A stretch of 64,000 bases of DNA, taken from assembly GCF_006345805.1 (NCBI RefSeq), contig NC_043005.1:66464001-66528000 (forward strand), given 5' to 3'. A model generated the notes under the pieces. The model had not been told where the DNA came from and did not search any database. It saw nothing but the letters and a program-made list of their open reading frames with translations. The first letter of the stretch is position 1; the number at the start of each line of letters is the position of its first letter. Below, piece by piece: positions 12,274 to 25,726 of the stretch. Position numbers and translations under genes: made by a program. The DNA is from Octopus sinensis. Lineage: Eukaryota.

Positions 12274-12464
12274 AAGCACTTTCAAGTCACATCCTACCAC
12301 CTTACAGTATTCAAAAATCGATAACTTTGGGTAGTGTAGGCCCAGATCTATTATATTAATGTTTATCAGCCACTTTTACCTATGGTCCCCTTAGATACCA
12401 ATTTTACTTGGATAGGCCCACGTAGTCATTTGAATGTTTAAAACACATATTTTACATTTATTAT

Positions 12465-12642
12465 GGGCACAGGAGTGGCTGGGTGGCAAGAAGCTTGTTT
12501 TCCAACCACATGGTTCCAGGTTCAGTCCCTTTGCATAGCACTTTGGGCAAGTGTCATCTACTATAGCAACGGGCTGACCAAAGCCTTGTGAGTGGATTTG
12601 GTAGACGGAAACTGAAAGAAGCCTGTCGTATATATATGCATT

Positions 12643-12678
<36 letters not shown>

Positions 12679-12960
12679 CATGTGTGTGTGCGTGTGTGTA
12701 TGTGTGTGTGTGTGTGTGAGTATATGTATGTATGTCCCCCCACATCACCAGTTGACAACCGGTGTTGGTGTGTCTACGTCCCCCGTAACCTAGCGGTTTG
12801 GCAAAAGTGACAGATAGAATAAGTACCAGATAAAAAAATAATAAAAAGGACAGGGGTCAATTTATTCGGCCCCAAAATTGAAGGCGGTGCCCCAGCATGG
12901 CCGCAGTCTAATTAATGACTGAAACGATTAAAAGTTAAAAGATAAAAGATTAAAATTAGA
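12465..12960 (+). mobile_element. SINE with internal (TA/TG)n tract
   Basis: Same family as 11870-12273. Confidence 0.85.
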
Positions 12961-13210
12961 TATTATTAGGAAAAATAATAGGCGCAGGAGTGGCTGAAGC
13001 TTGCTTCTCAACCACATGGTTCCGGTTCAAACAAATGAAAATACAAGAAAAAACGATGCTCTCCATTCCAGGCCATGGTGGGTGCTATCTGAAACTGAAA
13101 GAACAAATATGGTATATAATGAACTTTATAGAAATAATGCATCTTCATGGGTTTGTTTTTTGTTAAGCTTTGAAATTTGTGCAACCGTTCTGCCGCACCC
13201 TCTGTGTGTG

Positions 13211-13251
<41 letters not shown>

Positions 13252-13427
13252 GTAAAAAGATACAAACTGGGATAAGAACGCAAAACATTTAGAAGACGAT
13301 ACAAAAATCACGGACGGGACATTCGAAGCCTTCAATCTTCAGTCAAGAACCGGATCATCCTCGCAATTTCGGCTGATTAATCTGATTAATATATATATGT
13401 GTGTGTGTGTGGTGTGTGTGTGTGTGT

Positions 13428-13719
13428 GGTGGCGCAATGGCCTATTCGTTAGGGCAGCGAACTCGCGGTCGTAGGATCACGGTTTCGATTATATTGTGTG
13501 TGTTTATTGGGCGAAAACACCTTAAAGCTCCACGATGCACCGGCAGGGGGGGGGGTGATCCCTGCTGTACTCTTTCACCACTCTTTCTCTCACTCTTTCT
13601 TCTGTTGGCCTGCTCGCTTAGCCAGCGGGGTGGCGTCATTCGAAGGCTAAAACAATGCGAACGCATTGTGACCAGCGATGTGCAGCAACATCTGATGGTC
13701 TGGTCGGTCATGTGATCAT

Positions 13720-13724
<5 letters not shown>
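13428..13724 (+). mobile_element. tRNA-derived SINE (head type A, alternative 3' tail)
   Basis: Head and 5' body match 21950-22127 (reverse), but the tail differs (..GACCAGCGATGTGCAGCAACATCTGATGG..). Confidence 0.7.
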
Positions 13725-13760
<36 letters not shown>

Positions 13761-13763
<3 letters not shown>

Positions 13764-14685
13764 GTCTGATCAATAAGTATCAGGACTGTTGCCATAGTAA
13801 CGAAGGTAAAGCACGCTGAGTAAAACCGCTTGGCGCAGATTGACTTTGAACTTTTCTGTGCATGCGCACTACGCTTTAACGTCTTGGCGCAATTTTGCTG
13901 TTTACAGCAGTGCTTGGAACGAATGTGTGTAGTGTGTGATCGTCGTCGCATTGACCATGACAGCGAAAGCTGAGCTGAGAGTCTGCATCAAATTTTGCCA
14001 AGATCATGGTGATACCAGCTCAGATGTCTGCGCAAAGCTTTTAAAATGTTTCCATCACTCTCGACACAAGCAAGGAGACCTTGTCAATTGAAACCCGAGT
14101 GTCTATTATGACAGCTGAAAGCAGTATTGGCAGAACTTGGCAGACACGCGTTTCGTACCTATATCTTCAGGGATAATTGACTGAACTGAACAGTAATTAA
14201 ACTGCACATCTGATAACGCCCGGATGGCGACTCGACGATTTCCCTCACAGCTGCACGCACATGTGCGGGGTCCCTCAGAATATTCGTTTCTTCAAAATGG
14301 TGCCACAGAACGACCATCTTGGAACATTTTTTCGGCCATCTTGTAAAGGTCTGAAGCACTCGTATATTTGTGTGCGGCTCATACATTGCCCTCCATACAC
14401 ATTCTGCAACTTTGTATAGTCCTCTGAGTAGGTATCACCATGCTTTTGGTAAAATTTGATTAAGATTTTCTGCTCAGCTTTCTCTATCATGGTCAATCCG
14501 ACGATCACACTCTACACACCTTCCTTCCGAGCACTGCTGTAAACAGTGGAAGTGAGCTAGAAAGGTAAAACTTAGTGCACATGCAGAACAGAGATCAAGA
14601 TTAAGCTTTGTTAAGCGGCTTCATTCTGCGTGCTTTAGCTTCGTTACTATGGCAACGGTCCGGATACTTATTGATCAGAACTAGA
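13761..14685. mobile_element. Composite of two mariner 5' halves in inverted orientation
   Basis: TIR-like GTCTGATCAATAAGTATC at both ends. Plus strand encodes MTAKAELRVCIKFCQDHGD..; minus strand encodes MIEKAEQKILIKFYQKHGD..MSRTQIYECFRPLQDGR (mariner HTH). Flanked by (TA)n. Confidence 0.7.
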
Positions 14686-14686
14686 T

Positions 14687-14732
<46 letters not shown>

Positions 14733-14760
14733 ATATATATAGAACTATATATATATATAT

Positions 14761-14950
14761 AGGCGCAGGACTAGCTGTGTGGTAAGTAGCTTGATTAACA
14801 ACCACATGGTTCCGGGCTCAGTTCCACTGCGTGACACCCTGGGTAGGTGTCTTCTACTATAGCCTCGGTCTGACTAAAGTCATGTGAGTGGATTTGGTAG
14901 GCGGAAACAGAAAGAAGCCCATCTTATATATACATATATATATATATATG

Positions 14951-15023
<73 letters not shown>

Positions 15024-15300
15024 GTATGTGTGTGTGTGTGCGTGTGTGTGTGTATCTGTATATATGTATGTGTGTGTATATTTGCGGGCCTGTCTTTCTC
15101 CCTCCTCCCCCAACGTCGCTTCACAACCGAAGCTGGTGTGTTTACGTCCCCGTAAGCTAACGGTTCTGCAAAAGAGAATGGTAGAATGAAAACTAGACTG
15201 AAAAGAAGAAGCCCTGGAGATGATTTGCTCGACTAAAGGCGGTGCTCTAACATGGCCACAGTCAAATGACTGAAACAAATGAAAGAATATAAGAATATTC
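14761..15300 (+). mobile_element. SINE with internal (TG)n tract
   Basis: Same family as 11870-12273. Confidence 0.85.
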
Positions 15301-15444
15301 TGTCAACCAAATCCATATATACATATATGCATATAATCACCCCGCATTATCTTATGGTTAATACCATATAGATTTCTGGTGCATCTAAGTTAAGTACCTC
15401 ATTCATGTGAATTCAACAGAACTCACTTGAATCTTAATTACTTT

Positions 15445-15492
<48 letters not shown>

Positions 15493-15994
15493 TATACACA
15501 TATATATAGTTAATCTAAATTTAGAGTGAGGGAGAGAGAAATAGTTTTATTTCGGGACTATCATTTTGTCTTGTGAAATAAACACACGCACTATATATTG
15601 GTTCTTCGCCTGCTTATTATTATTATTATTTTATGTCCATCATCTGGAAATTTTTCGTCATACACCTCTGATCTCCTTGCGACAATCCATCCCTTGTGGG
15701 ATGGAGGATCACATGTATCTATGCGTGTATGTATGTATGTATGTATGTATGTATGTATGTATGTATGCATGTATGTATGTATGTATGCATATATGTATGT
15801 ATATACGCGTGTGTATGAATGTTTATATGTAGGTATGTACTTTATATATATATTTATATAGGTGTATATATATATATAAATATATATATATATATTGGTA
15901 AAAACGGTAAGATAACAAAAGAAAGAAAGAAACCTCAATATTATGTAAATAGACGAATTTCAGAGTTTTATCTTGGCTCCCGAATAATTGTCAC

Positions 15995-16068
<74 letters not shown>

Positions 16069-16136
16069 ATATATATACACATATATATATACATATATAT
16101 ACATATACATATATATACATATATATGTATATACAT

Positions 16137-16183
<47 letters not shown>

Positions 16184-16213
16184 TATGTATATATATACAT
16201 ATATATATACATA

Positions 16214-16244
<31 letters not shown>

Positions 16245-16506
16245 CATATGCGTATGCAGACGTATATATATGTGTGTGTGCGTGTGTATGCATTCCTTGC
16301 CCATCTTGGTAACAATTGTTACGTTGCCATTGACTAATACTTCAATGAAAGCGTGTTTGAACATAGTGAAATATTACCTTCCAGTAAAGAAAGTGAAAGC
16401 TGACGATGGGAAGGGCATTCGTGTGCGCAAAATGTGTCTGACTCATGCAAGTAAGGACAAGCTGGTGTTTAGTTGTGCAGGTCTGTCCGTGCGCGCGCGT
16501 GTGTGA

Positions 16507-16575
<69 letters not shown>

Positions 16576-16825
16576 TGTGTCATTGTGCCTGTGTTTGTTC
16601 ACTCTTACCGCTTGGCAACCAGTTCTAGTGTGTTTTCGTCCGCGTAACTTAGTGGTTCGCATCTAGAGCTCGACAGAATAAGCGCCCCGCTTGAAAAAAA
16701 TGTGGTACTGTGATCATTCCATTCGACTAAAAAATTCTTTAACGCGTTACTCCAGCATTGCCGCAACCTAACGACTGAAACTAGTAAGCGATAAAAGATA
16801 TCCAAACACACACACGCACTCACAT

Positions 16826-16856
<31 letters not shown>

Positions 16857-16876
16857 TATATACACACTCACATACA

Positions 16877-17062
16877 CACGAGAGTCGGTTGAAAAGTTCA
16901 TAATCTGACGAATCTACTCTCATTGAATGTAACCAAATAAGGTTTATTTTTCAACATAGTTCACCTTGTGGCCAACACATTTCTCCTTTCAGTGTTGCAG
17001 TTCTTGGATCCCATTAGTGAAGCTTTCATCCTGTTGGTCAAAAATGTCATCAACAGTAGATA
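16877..17062 (-). mobile_element. Mariner 3'-end fragment
   Basis: Related to 5430-5625; encodes ..DQQDESFTNGIQELQH*KEKCVGHKVNYVEK*. Confidence 0.7.
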
Positions 17063-17109
17063 TTTTACAACAGAATGTCTTATATAAATATCTGTTTATT
17101 CCATGTCAG

Positions 17110-17345
17110 ATCATGCTCTTCCAGAATTTTCCATATGTGGATTATTATATATCTGTCGCGCCTTCGCTCCAGGGAGTAAAGTCGAATTTTTTTACAGCCT
17201 CTCCATGTAGCTCATCTGCTGCATTGTTACAATCTTTTTAGGGTAGTCACGTTGGACCGCTTCAAGCTCCGCTGTTACTTTGGCACTATATGGTAACCGT
17301 AGCTGAGAGCAATTGCGCAGGCGCCTGAGAACAAAGGTCCTCTAC
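17110..17345 (-). mobile_element. CR1-type LINE ORF2 C-terminal fragment
   Basis: AELEAVQR..MSYMERL*..LYSLERRRDRYIIIHIWKILE, a typical CR1 C-terminus. Confidence 0.75.
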
Positions 17346-17473
17346 AGGGTCAACATAACTTCATCATCACTCATTATATTCTGCACAACGGAGAAGTTAA
17401 TGTTTACGTTTGAATTTTACGCACCGGATATCTCAAATATGCGTCAGAATCATTGAAAGTTCTTACGTATACT

Positions 17474-17711
17474 CTTTTACTCTTTTATTTGTTTCAGTCA
17501 TTTGACTGCGGCCATGCTGGAGCACTGTCTTTACTTGAGCAACTCGACCCCAGGACTTATTCTTTGTAAGCCTAGTACTTATTCTATCGGTCTCTATTGC
17601 CGAACCGCTAAGTTACGGGAACGTAAACACACTAGCATCGGTTGTCAAGCGATGTTGGGGGGACAAACACAGACACACCAACATATACATACATACACAC
17701 ACACACACGCA

Positions 17712-17808
<97 letters not shown>

Positions 17809-17973
17809 GACAGGCTTCTTCCAGGTCCTGTCTACCAAATCCACTCACAAGGCATTGGTCGGCCCGAGGCTATATAGTAGAAGACACTTGCTAAAGGTGC
17901 CACGCAGTGGGACCGAACCCGGGACCATGTGGTTGGTAAGCAATCTACTTACCACACACCCACACCTGCGCCT
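17474..17973 (-). mobile_element. SINE with internal (CA/TA)n tract
   Basis: Same family as 11870-12273. Confidence 0.85.
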
Positions 17974-18493
17974 ATGCATGATCTTTTTGTCACGCCGTAG
18001 AAGTAAATGCATTTCATAGAATTACTTGTATATAGTACTTGTTTCCAAGATATTTGAAAGGTGACGTAGTATTATTTGTCTTCCTAATGCGAGTATTTCC
18101 TGCGAAATAAGAATTTAATCTTATTCCTGGTAAAATACATATCACTTTACGACTGAAAAAATTGTTATGAGATTTATACATTTATTAGCAGATGCACCCA
18201 CCCTTAGAACACGTAACTTTTTCCTCACTTACAATATTCTCTCTCTCTCTCTCTCTTCCCCCTCTCTCTCTCTCTCCCCCCTCTCTCTCTCTCTCTTACA
18301 CCTTTTCTTTTTCTACTCTCTTTTATCTTCCATATTCAGTTTCAAGACGTAATACAGAAATACCTGAATGTAATTAAATACTTATTATTTACACTATGAT
18401 ACATACTCTCAGGTATTAGTTTCAGATTTTGGTGCAGGCCGGCAAATTCGAGGGATGGGAGTAAGTCGATTAAATCGACCCTAGTGTCCAAAT

Positions 18494-19735
18494 GGTACTT
18501 ATTTTATCGACCCCCGAGAGGATAAAAGGCAAAGTCGACCTCGGTGGCATTTGAACTCAGAACATGAAGACGGACGAAGCACCTCTAAACATTTTGCCTG
18601 GCGTGCTAACGATTGCGCCAGCTCGCCGCCCTCGCCACTTTAATATATTCTCAGATACTGACACACAAGGACTCATACGAAGGGGTACTAGAAAGTTCCT
18701 GGCTGTGGGTAATAGAAAATACAAGAGCAGTTAATTATAAAGTTTTTTTTCTACTATAGGATGGATTTTTGTGGAGAGGGGGGTCAGTCGATCACATCGA
18801 CCCCAGTACCCAACAGGTACTTATTTTATCGACCCCCGAGAGGATAAAAGGCAAAGTCGACCTCGGTGGCATTTGAACTCAGAACATGAAGACGGACGAA
18901 GCACCTCTAAACATTTTGCCTGGCGTGCTAACGATTCCGCCAGCTCGCCGCCCTCGCCGCTTTAATATATTCTCAGATACTGACACACAAGGACTCATAC
19001 GAAGGGGTACTAGAAAGTTCCTGGCTGTGGGTAATAGAAAATACAAGAGCAGTTAATTATAAAGTTTTTTTTCTACTATAGGATGGATTTTTGTGGAGAG
19101 GGGGGTCAGTCGATCACATCGACCCCAGTACCCAACAGGTACTTATTTTATCGACCCCCGAGAGGATAAAAGGCAAAGTCGACCTCGGTGGCATTTGAAC
19201 TCAGAACATGAAGACGGACGAAGCACCTCTAAACATTTTGCCTGGCGTGCTAACGACTGCGCCAGCTCGCCGCCCTCGCCGCTTTAATATATTCTCAGAT
19301 ACTGACACACAAGGACTCATACGAAGGGGTACTAGAAAGTTCCTGGCTGTGGGTAATAGAAAATACAAGAGCAGTTAATTATGAAGTTTTTTTTCTACTA
19401 TAGGATGGATTTTTGTGGAGAGGGGGGTCAGTCGATCACATCGACCCCAGTACCCAACAGGTACTTATTTTATCGACCCCCGAGAGGATAAAAGGCAAAG
19501 TCGACCTCGGTGGCATTTGAACTCAGAACATGAAGACGGACGAAACACCCCTAAGCATTTCGCCTGGCGTGCTAACGATTCCGCCAGCTCGCCGCCCTCG
19601 CCGCTTTAATATATTCTCAGATACTGACACGCAAGGACTCATACGAAGGGGCACTGGAAAGTTCCTGGGAGTGGGTAAAAGAAAATACAAGAGCAGTTAA
19701 TTATGAATTTTTTTTCTACTATAGGCACAAGGCCT
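18494..19735. repeat. Tandem array of about four 322-bp units
   Basis: GGTACTTATTTTATCGACCCCCGAGAGG recurs at 18494, 18816, 19138 and 19460; the supplied ORF track also repeats at a 322-bp period. Confidence 0.95.
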
Positions 19736-20269
19736 GGATTTTTGTGGAGAGGGGGACATCGACCCCAGTACTCAACTGGTACTTAATTTATCAACCCCGA
19801 AAGGATGAAAGGCAAAGTCGACCTTGGCGAGATTCAGAAACTTATTGCAGCGTTTCTTCAGTTTTTCTAAGCCTTGTAAAAGAACTTAGAAGGTTCGGGC
19901 ACCAAACAGGCGCCCGAACCTTCTAGAGGTGCTTTCGCGAGACCTTTAAAGTTGCTTTCTTGATACCTTTAAAACCATGAACTTTTCAGCATCCTCTCGT
20001 AGATATAAACTGCGACCATCCCCTTTCTAGTGATAGGACTCCAATATAAAGCGTGACATCATTTTTGTTTTCTAAGACAATATCTACAGCCAACTTAAAA
20101 TATAACACGTAGGATTAATATAGACGTAAAAACGTAATATGACCCCAGCTGGAACGCGTTTCATTTCAGGTCAGCTTGATCAGAGATAATATGACGCTAA
20201 ACAACAACAACAGCAACAATAAAGACAATGAATAAATACGCTACAAGCCCGTGTGCGAATATATGTAAA

Positions 20270-20548
20270 ATGTGTGTCGAAGGCCCATCCTTTCGGTTTC
20301 TTTTACAGGCCTTAGAAAAACTGAACGACCGCTGCAATAAGTATGTGAATCTGAGAGGGAAATATGTTGAATAAAATCATAATTAACTGAGTAGGAGTGG
20401 CTGTGTGGTAAGTAGCTTGCTTACTAACCACATGGTTCCGGGTTCAGTCCCACTGCATGGCACCTTGGGCAAGTGTCGTCTATGATAGCCTCGGGCCGAC
20501 CAAAGCCTTGTGAGTGGATTTGGTAGAAAAACTGAAAGAAGCCCGTTG

Positions 20549-20586
<38 letters not shown>

Positions 20587-20898
20587 ATATATATAGATAT
20601 ATATATGTATGTATATGTATAATATGTATATGTTTGTCCCCCCCACAACATCGCTTGAAAACCGGTGCTGTTGTGTTTACGTCCCCGTACATTAACGGTT
20701 CGGCGAAAGAGACCGATAGAATAAGTACTAGGCTTACAAAGAATAAGTCCTGGGGTCGATTTGCTCGACTAAAGACGGTGCTCCAGCATGGCCACAGTCA
20801 AATGGCTGAAACAAGTAAAAGAGTAAAAGAGTAAAAGAGAGATCCTCCTGTGTTTTCTTCCTATCCAAAGCCAGGAAGATTCCAGCACTCTTCGTATC
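20270..20898 (+). mobile_element. Mariner-derived MITE end interrupted by a SINE (20391-20838)
   Basis: ..ATAATTAACTGA | SINE | GATCCTCCTGTG..; mariner C-terminal remnant (..NDRCNKYVNLRGKYVE*). An inverted related fragment lies at 19835-20010. Confidence 0.65.
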
Positions 20899-21746
20899 TG
20901 CTAGAAAGAACGGTTATAAAGAGATTATTTATGCTTTAAACTTTTCAAGATGATTTTTACAGATTTTTATTGTTTCAGATACTATTATTGTTTGTAGCGT
21001 ATGAACGAATAAACATAGAAGAAACTTGATTGTCTTGCCATACAAATTCGATAGAATATACTAAACACCAAACTTCAAACTATATTCACTGATCAATCTT
21101 TTACTTGTTTCAGTCATTAGACTGCGGTTATGTTGGGGCACCACCTTCAAAAACTTTTCGTCGAATGATTCGACACTTGTACTTATAATGTTGTTAAGCT
21201 TGGTACTTGCTCTATTGGTCACTATTGCCGAAACGCTAATGTTACGGAGATGTAAACACACCAACACCGGTTGTCTAGCGGTGGTGGTGGTGGTGGTGGG
21301 ACAAACACTCACTCACACCCACATACCCAAACATATACACACGCGCACACACATTCATACACATACTTACATACATACATACATACATACATATATACAC
21401 ACACATACATACATGCATACATACATACATACATACATACATACATACATACATACATACATACATACATACATACATACATACATACATACACACATAC
21501 ATAAATACGTAAATACACACATAGACCTGACAGAAGTAAATAGACGTCTCATAAAACATTGTTTTATGTTTATTCTAACTTGAAAAGGTTTATATTTTTT
21601 ATTAATTGACATTTTTTATGTTTCAGGTTCTATATGTGACTGTTTAATCATGCCATGTACAAAAGAATCCTTGGAACTGTCTGAATTTCAAAGAGGCCGC
21701 ATTGTGATTGTGAAGCCAGCTTCTTACCAGATAGCTGGGGGGGGGG

Positions 21747-22127
21747 AGCACTCCGTCGGTTACGATGATGAGGGTTCCGGTTGATCCGAATCAACGGAAC
21801 AGCCTGCTCGGGAAATTAACGTGTAAGCGGCTGAGCACTTCACAGGCACGTGCACCCTTAACGTAGTTCTCGGGGATATTCAGCGTGACACAGAGAGTGA
21901 CAAGGCCGGCCCCTTGAAATACAGGTACAACAGAAACAGGAAGTAAGAGTGAGAGAAAGTTGTGGTGAAAGAGTACAGCAGGGATCACCACCATCCCCTG
22001 CCGGAGCCTCATGGAGCTTTTAAGGTGTTTTCGCGCAATAAACACTCACAACGCCCGGTCTGGGAATCGAAACCGCGATCCTACGACCGCGAGTCCGCTG
22101 CCCTAACCACTGGGCCATTGCGCCTCC
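21747..22127 (-). mobile_element. Full-length tRNA-derived SINE (head type A plus Nin/Deu-like 3' module)
   Basis: A box TGGCCCAGTGG, B box GGTTTCGATTCC, 3' end ..AACCGACGGAGTGCT. Confidence 0.8.
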
Positions 22128-22959
22128 ACTACGTATTTATATATTGGTCTCAAATGTTGGCACAAAGCAAGGAATTTCGGGGGAGGGGGTTAGTTGATTA
22201 CATCGACCTCAGTACTCAACTGGTATCTATTTTACCGACTCCGAAAGGATGAAAGGCAAAGTCGACCTTGGCGGAATTTGAACGTAGATCATAAAGACGG
22301 ATGAAATGTCGTTAATCATTTTCCCCGTCGTGCTAACGGACGACATGTGTGGGGCAGAAAATTCCAATGAGGGCAGTGTTTTGAGAAGGTAAAGACTGGG
22401 GTAGTGTTGTGCGGAGGAGTGGTAAATACGGTTATGGTGACAAGACATGGAATGTTGAGTATGTGGGTGTACCTGAGTGAACGAGATACGAAGTCAACCA
22501 GCCAGCCAGCCAGCCAGGTAACCAACTCCGAGAAACAGAGACCTTTATTGTAGTGGCAAAAAGAAAATGTGAAAGGAGAGCAACACTTAGTAGCCAGAGG
22601 TCTGAGTAGGTCTCTTAGAGATTGAAAGCTATTCGTTCGATACCTTTCCTCTGGATGTGGTGTGTGCATGTAGCACCAACTCCCACCCAGATATACGAGC
22701 AGTACTCTATTTGTGTAGATCACACGAGCATTTAGAGTGTCAATGGTTGTTTGGGGAAGAAATAATTTCTGGCCCTGAAGAGAAAAACTTGTGGTAGGGA
22801 TGCGGTCCCAATTATGTTAAAGAGGTACTTTGACCAGTAGAAACCCTCAGTAGTAATGAAATTGAGAATTTGGAGCGATTGTAAGGACACTGGGTATTTT
22901 CACGTTTAGTGGTGGTGCAGCGAACAAAAAAGGTTCGCAATGCAGATGTGAAAGCAGAT

Positions 22960-23106
22960 GCAAATTTCTTCTTCTTCTTCTTCTTCTTCTCTCCCCTCCC
23001 CCTCTTCCTCCTCCTCATCGTCGTCGTCATCATCATCATCACCACCACCACCACCACCACCACCATCATCATCACCACCACCACCACCACCACCACCACC
23101 ACCACC

Positions 23107-23137
<31 letters not shown>

Positions 23138-23175
23138 TTATTATTATTATATTATTATTATTATTATTATTATTA

Positions 23176-23238
<63 letters not shown>

Positions 23239-23255
23239 TTATTATTATTATTATC
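22960..23255. repeat. Compound trinucleotide microsatellite (TTC, CTC, CAT, CAC, ATT)
   Basis: Directly visible. Confidence 0.95.
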
Positions 23256-23257
23256 AA

Positions 23258-23470
23258 GGCGGTGAGCTAGCAGAATCGTTAGAACTTCGGGCAAAATGCT
23301 TAACGGTGTTTCGTCTGTCTTTACGTTCTGATTTCAAATTCCACCGAGGTCGACTTCGCCTTTTACCCTTTCGGGGTCGATAAATTAAGTACCAGCTGTG
23401 TACTGGGGTCGATCTAGTTGACTGTCTCCCTTCTCCAAAATTTCGGGTCTTGTGCCTAGAGTAGAAAAGA
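23258..23470 (+). mobile_element. SINE, Meta-like core family, short tail running into (ATT)n
   Basis: Head GGCGGTGAGCTAGCAG; tail ..CTTGTGCCTAGAGTAGAAAAGATTATT. Confidence 0.8.
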
Positions 23471-23484
23471 TTATTATTATTATT

Positions 23485-24415
23485 CAGTAGGTTTATTTTA
23501 ATAACGTGCTTTCACTTCACTACCTAGTGCAGCTCTCTGTGCCTTGGTTATGTGCTGTGGTTTGCTGTGATATTCTTATGGTTACTATATTGAAAGAATT
23601 TTGTGTAGGATGTGTGCGGTGTCCAGTAGTGCAATTTTCTGTATGATATATATATTTGTAAGTCCTGGTGTTTTTGCTATGTATTTGTCTGAATATTTTT
23701 TTATCATACCTAATGCACCCAATATGATAGGAATTGTCCCTGTTTTTAGATTTCACATTCGATTTGCCTCTATTTCCAGGTCTTTGTATTTTGAAAGTTT
23801 CTCCATTTCTTTTAGAGAAACGTTGTCATCTGCTGGTATTGTTACATCAATTAGAAAGCATTTTGTTTCTTCTTGATCTCTGACAACTATATCTGGTCTA
23901 TTGGCCTTAATTTCTCTATCTGTGTGTATTGGCATATCCCAGAGTATGGTCGCTTTCTCGTTTTCTGTGACCTTTTCTGGCGTGTGCTTATACCATCTTT
24001 TTCTGTTGTTATTCCATAGTGTTGGCGTAGCTTCCAGTGTATGTAGGTCCCAACTCTGTCATGTCTGTGAATATATTCCTTCTTAGCCAGGGCTAGGCAG
24101 CCAGAGATAATATGATTTATTGTTTCTTGTCCATCTCCTCATATTCTGCAGTTACTTATTATGTTTCTTTTCATTACAAGTTTTTGGTAATTTCTGTTGG
24201 GGAGGCTTTGGTCTTGTGCTGCAATTAAAAATCCTTCAGTCTTTGCTTTGAGTCCTTAGCTTCTCCACCATTGCTGGGATTTTTGCATTTAGTTTTGCAT
24301 TTAGTTTAGCCCAGTATTTGCCACGAAAGGGCTTTTCTTGCCATCGTTTTATCATGGTCCGTTGCTCTTCTGGTTTTAGTTTGGTTTTCATTTGTTTTAT
24401 AGCTTTCGTTGTTTC
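23485..24415 (-). mobile_element. R4/Dong-like RLE non-LTR retrotransposon, 5'-truncated and decayed
   Basis: KTEGFLIAAQDQSL, CCHC knuckle CRICGDGQETINHIISGC, RLE motif RPDIVVRDQ..LIDVTIP..KYKDLEIE. The 3' end abuts an (AAT)n tract. Confidence 0.85.
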
Positions 24416-24594
24416 TTCTTCTTCTCCTTCTTCTTCTTCTTTCTCTTCTTCTTCTTCTTCTTCTTCTTCTTCTTCTTCTTCTTCTTCTTCTTCTTCTTCT
24501 TCTTCTTCTTCTTCTTCTTCTTTCTCCTTCTTCTTCTTCTTCTTTGTATTTGTTTGGTAGTATGACTTCCTATCATTATTATTATCATCATCAA

Positions 24595-25235
24595 GGTGGC
24601 GAGCTGGCTGAATCATTAGCACCTTGGTCAAATTGCTTAGCAGTATTTCTTCTGCCGCTACGTTCTGAGTTCAATTCCGCCGTGGTTGACTTTGCCTTTC
24701 ATCCTTTCAGGGTCGATTAAATAGGTACCAGTTATGCACTGATGTCAATGTAATCGATTTAATACCTTACCCCAAATGTGGGACCTTGTGCTTCCTGTAG
24801 GAAGGATTATAATTATTATTTTCAAGGCGGCGAACTGACAGAATCGTTAGCACACCGGGTGAAGCGCTTTAAATTCCGCCGAGGTCGACTTTACCTTTGA
24901 TCCTTTCGGGGAAGATAAAATAAATACCAGTTGAATACTAGGGTCGATATGATTGACTCATCTCCTCCCCCCAAATTACTGCCCTTGTGACAAAATTTGA
25001 AACCAATATTATTATGGTTATGCGGCGAGCTATCAGAACCGTTAGCACAACGGGCGAAGTACTTAGTGGTACTTCGGCCGTGTCAACGTTCTGAATTCAA
25101 TTTCCGCCGAGGTCGAATTTGCCGTTCTTCCATTTCGGTATCGATAAAATAAGCATCGGTCGATTACTGGCGTCAACGTTATTGACTCATCCTCTCACTC
25201 AAAATTTCAGGCCTTGTGTCTATAGAAGAAAGGAT
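24595..25235 (+). mobile_element. Three consecutive Meta-like SINE copies
   Basis: Heads at about 24595, 24826 and 25020, each followed by a TTCCGCCG..GTCGACTTTGCC-type core. Confidence 0.75.
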
Positions 25236-25296
25236 TACTGTTGTTGTTGTTGTTGTTGTTGCTGTTGCTGCTGCTGCTGCTGTTGTTGTTGTTGAT

Positions 25297-25328
<32 letters not shown>

Positions 25329-25663
25329 TGTTGTTGTTGTTGTGGATAGGATTGATACAACAGCTCCAACACCCACTAAGTGAATTATTGTTACTTACGT
25401 GCTAAGGGCGAGTACTCTGTCTGGATTAGATCTTGTGTGGCAGAATCTTTTCATGTCATAGTCATATGCAAGTGTTAAAAAGAAGATCTACATTTGTGGT
25501 ATCCTTATTGCGAGATTCTACTTCACACTCACTGATAATTATGTGTTTCTCCACAACAATATGAATGACGATAGATGGGTTTAGAGACCCATCTATCGGC
25601 ATGTTACGCTTTACACAATTTGTAGAAGCATGAGAAAGGGTAGCAGTCATTTCTTCTGCCAAG

Positions 25664-25726
<63 letters not shown>

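Noticed and set aside
18494-19735. CRISPR-like or gene tandem array
   Set aside because: The units are uniform 322-bp TE composites without variable spacers, and the context is eukaryotic.
20140-20190. GAAACGCGTT on the minus strand with upstream CTGATCA
   Set aside because: The core is altered and there is no stem I or stem II pairing.
22050-22127. tRNA-like sequences (here and at other SINE heads)
   Set aside because: A and B boxes are present but there is no complete acceptor stem, and they run directly into SINE bodies; not tRNA genes.
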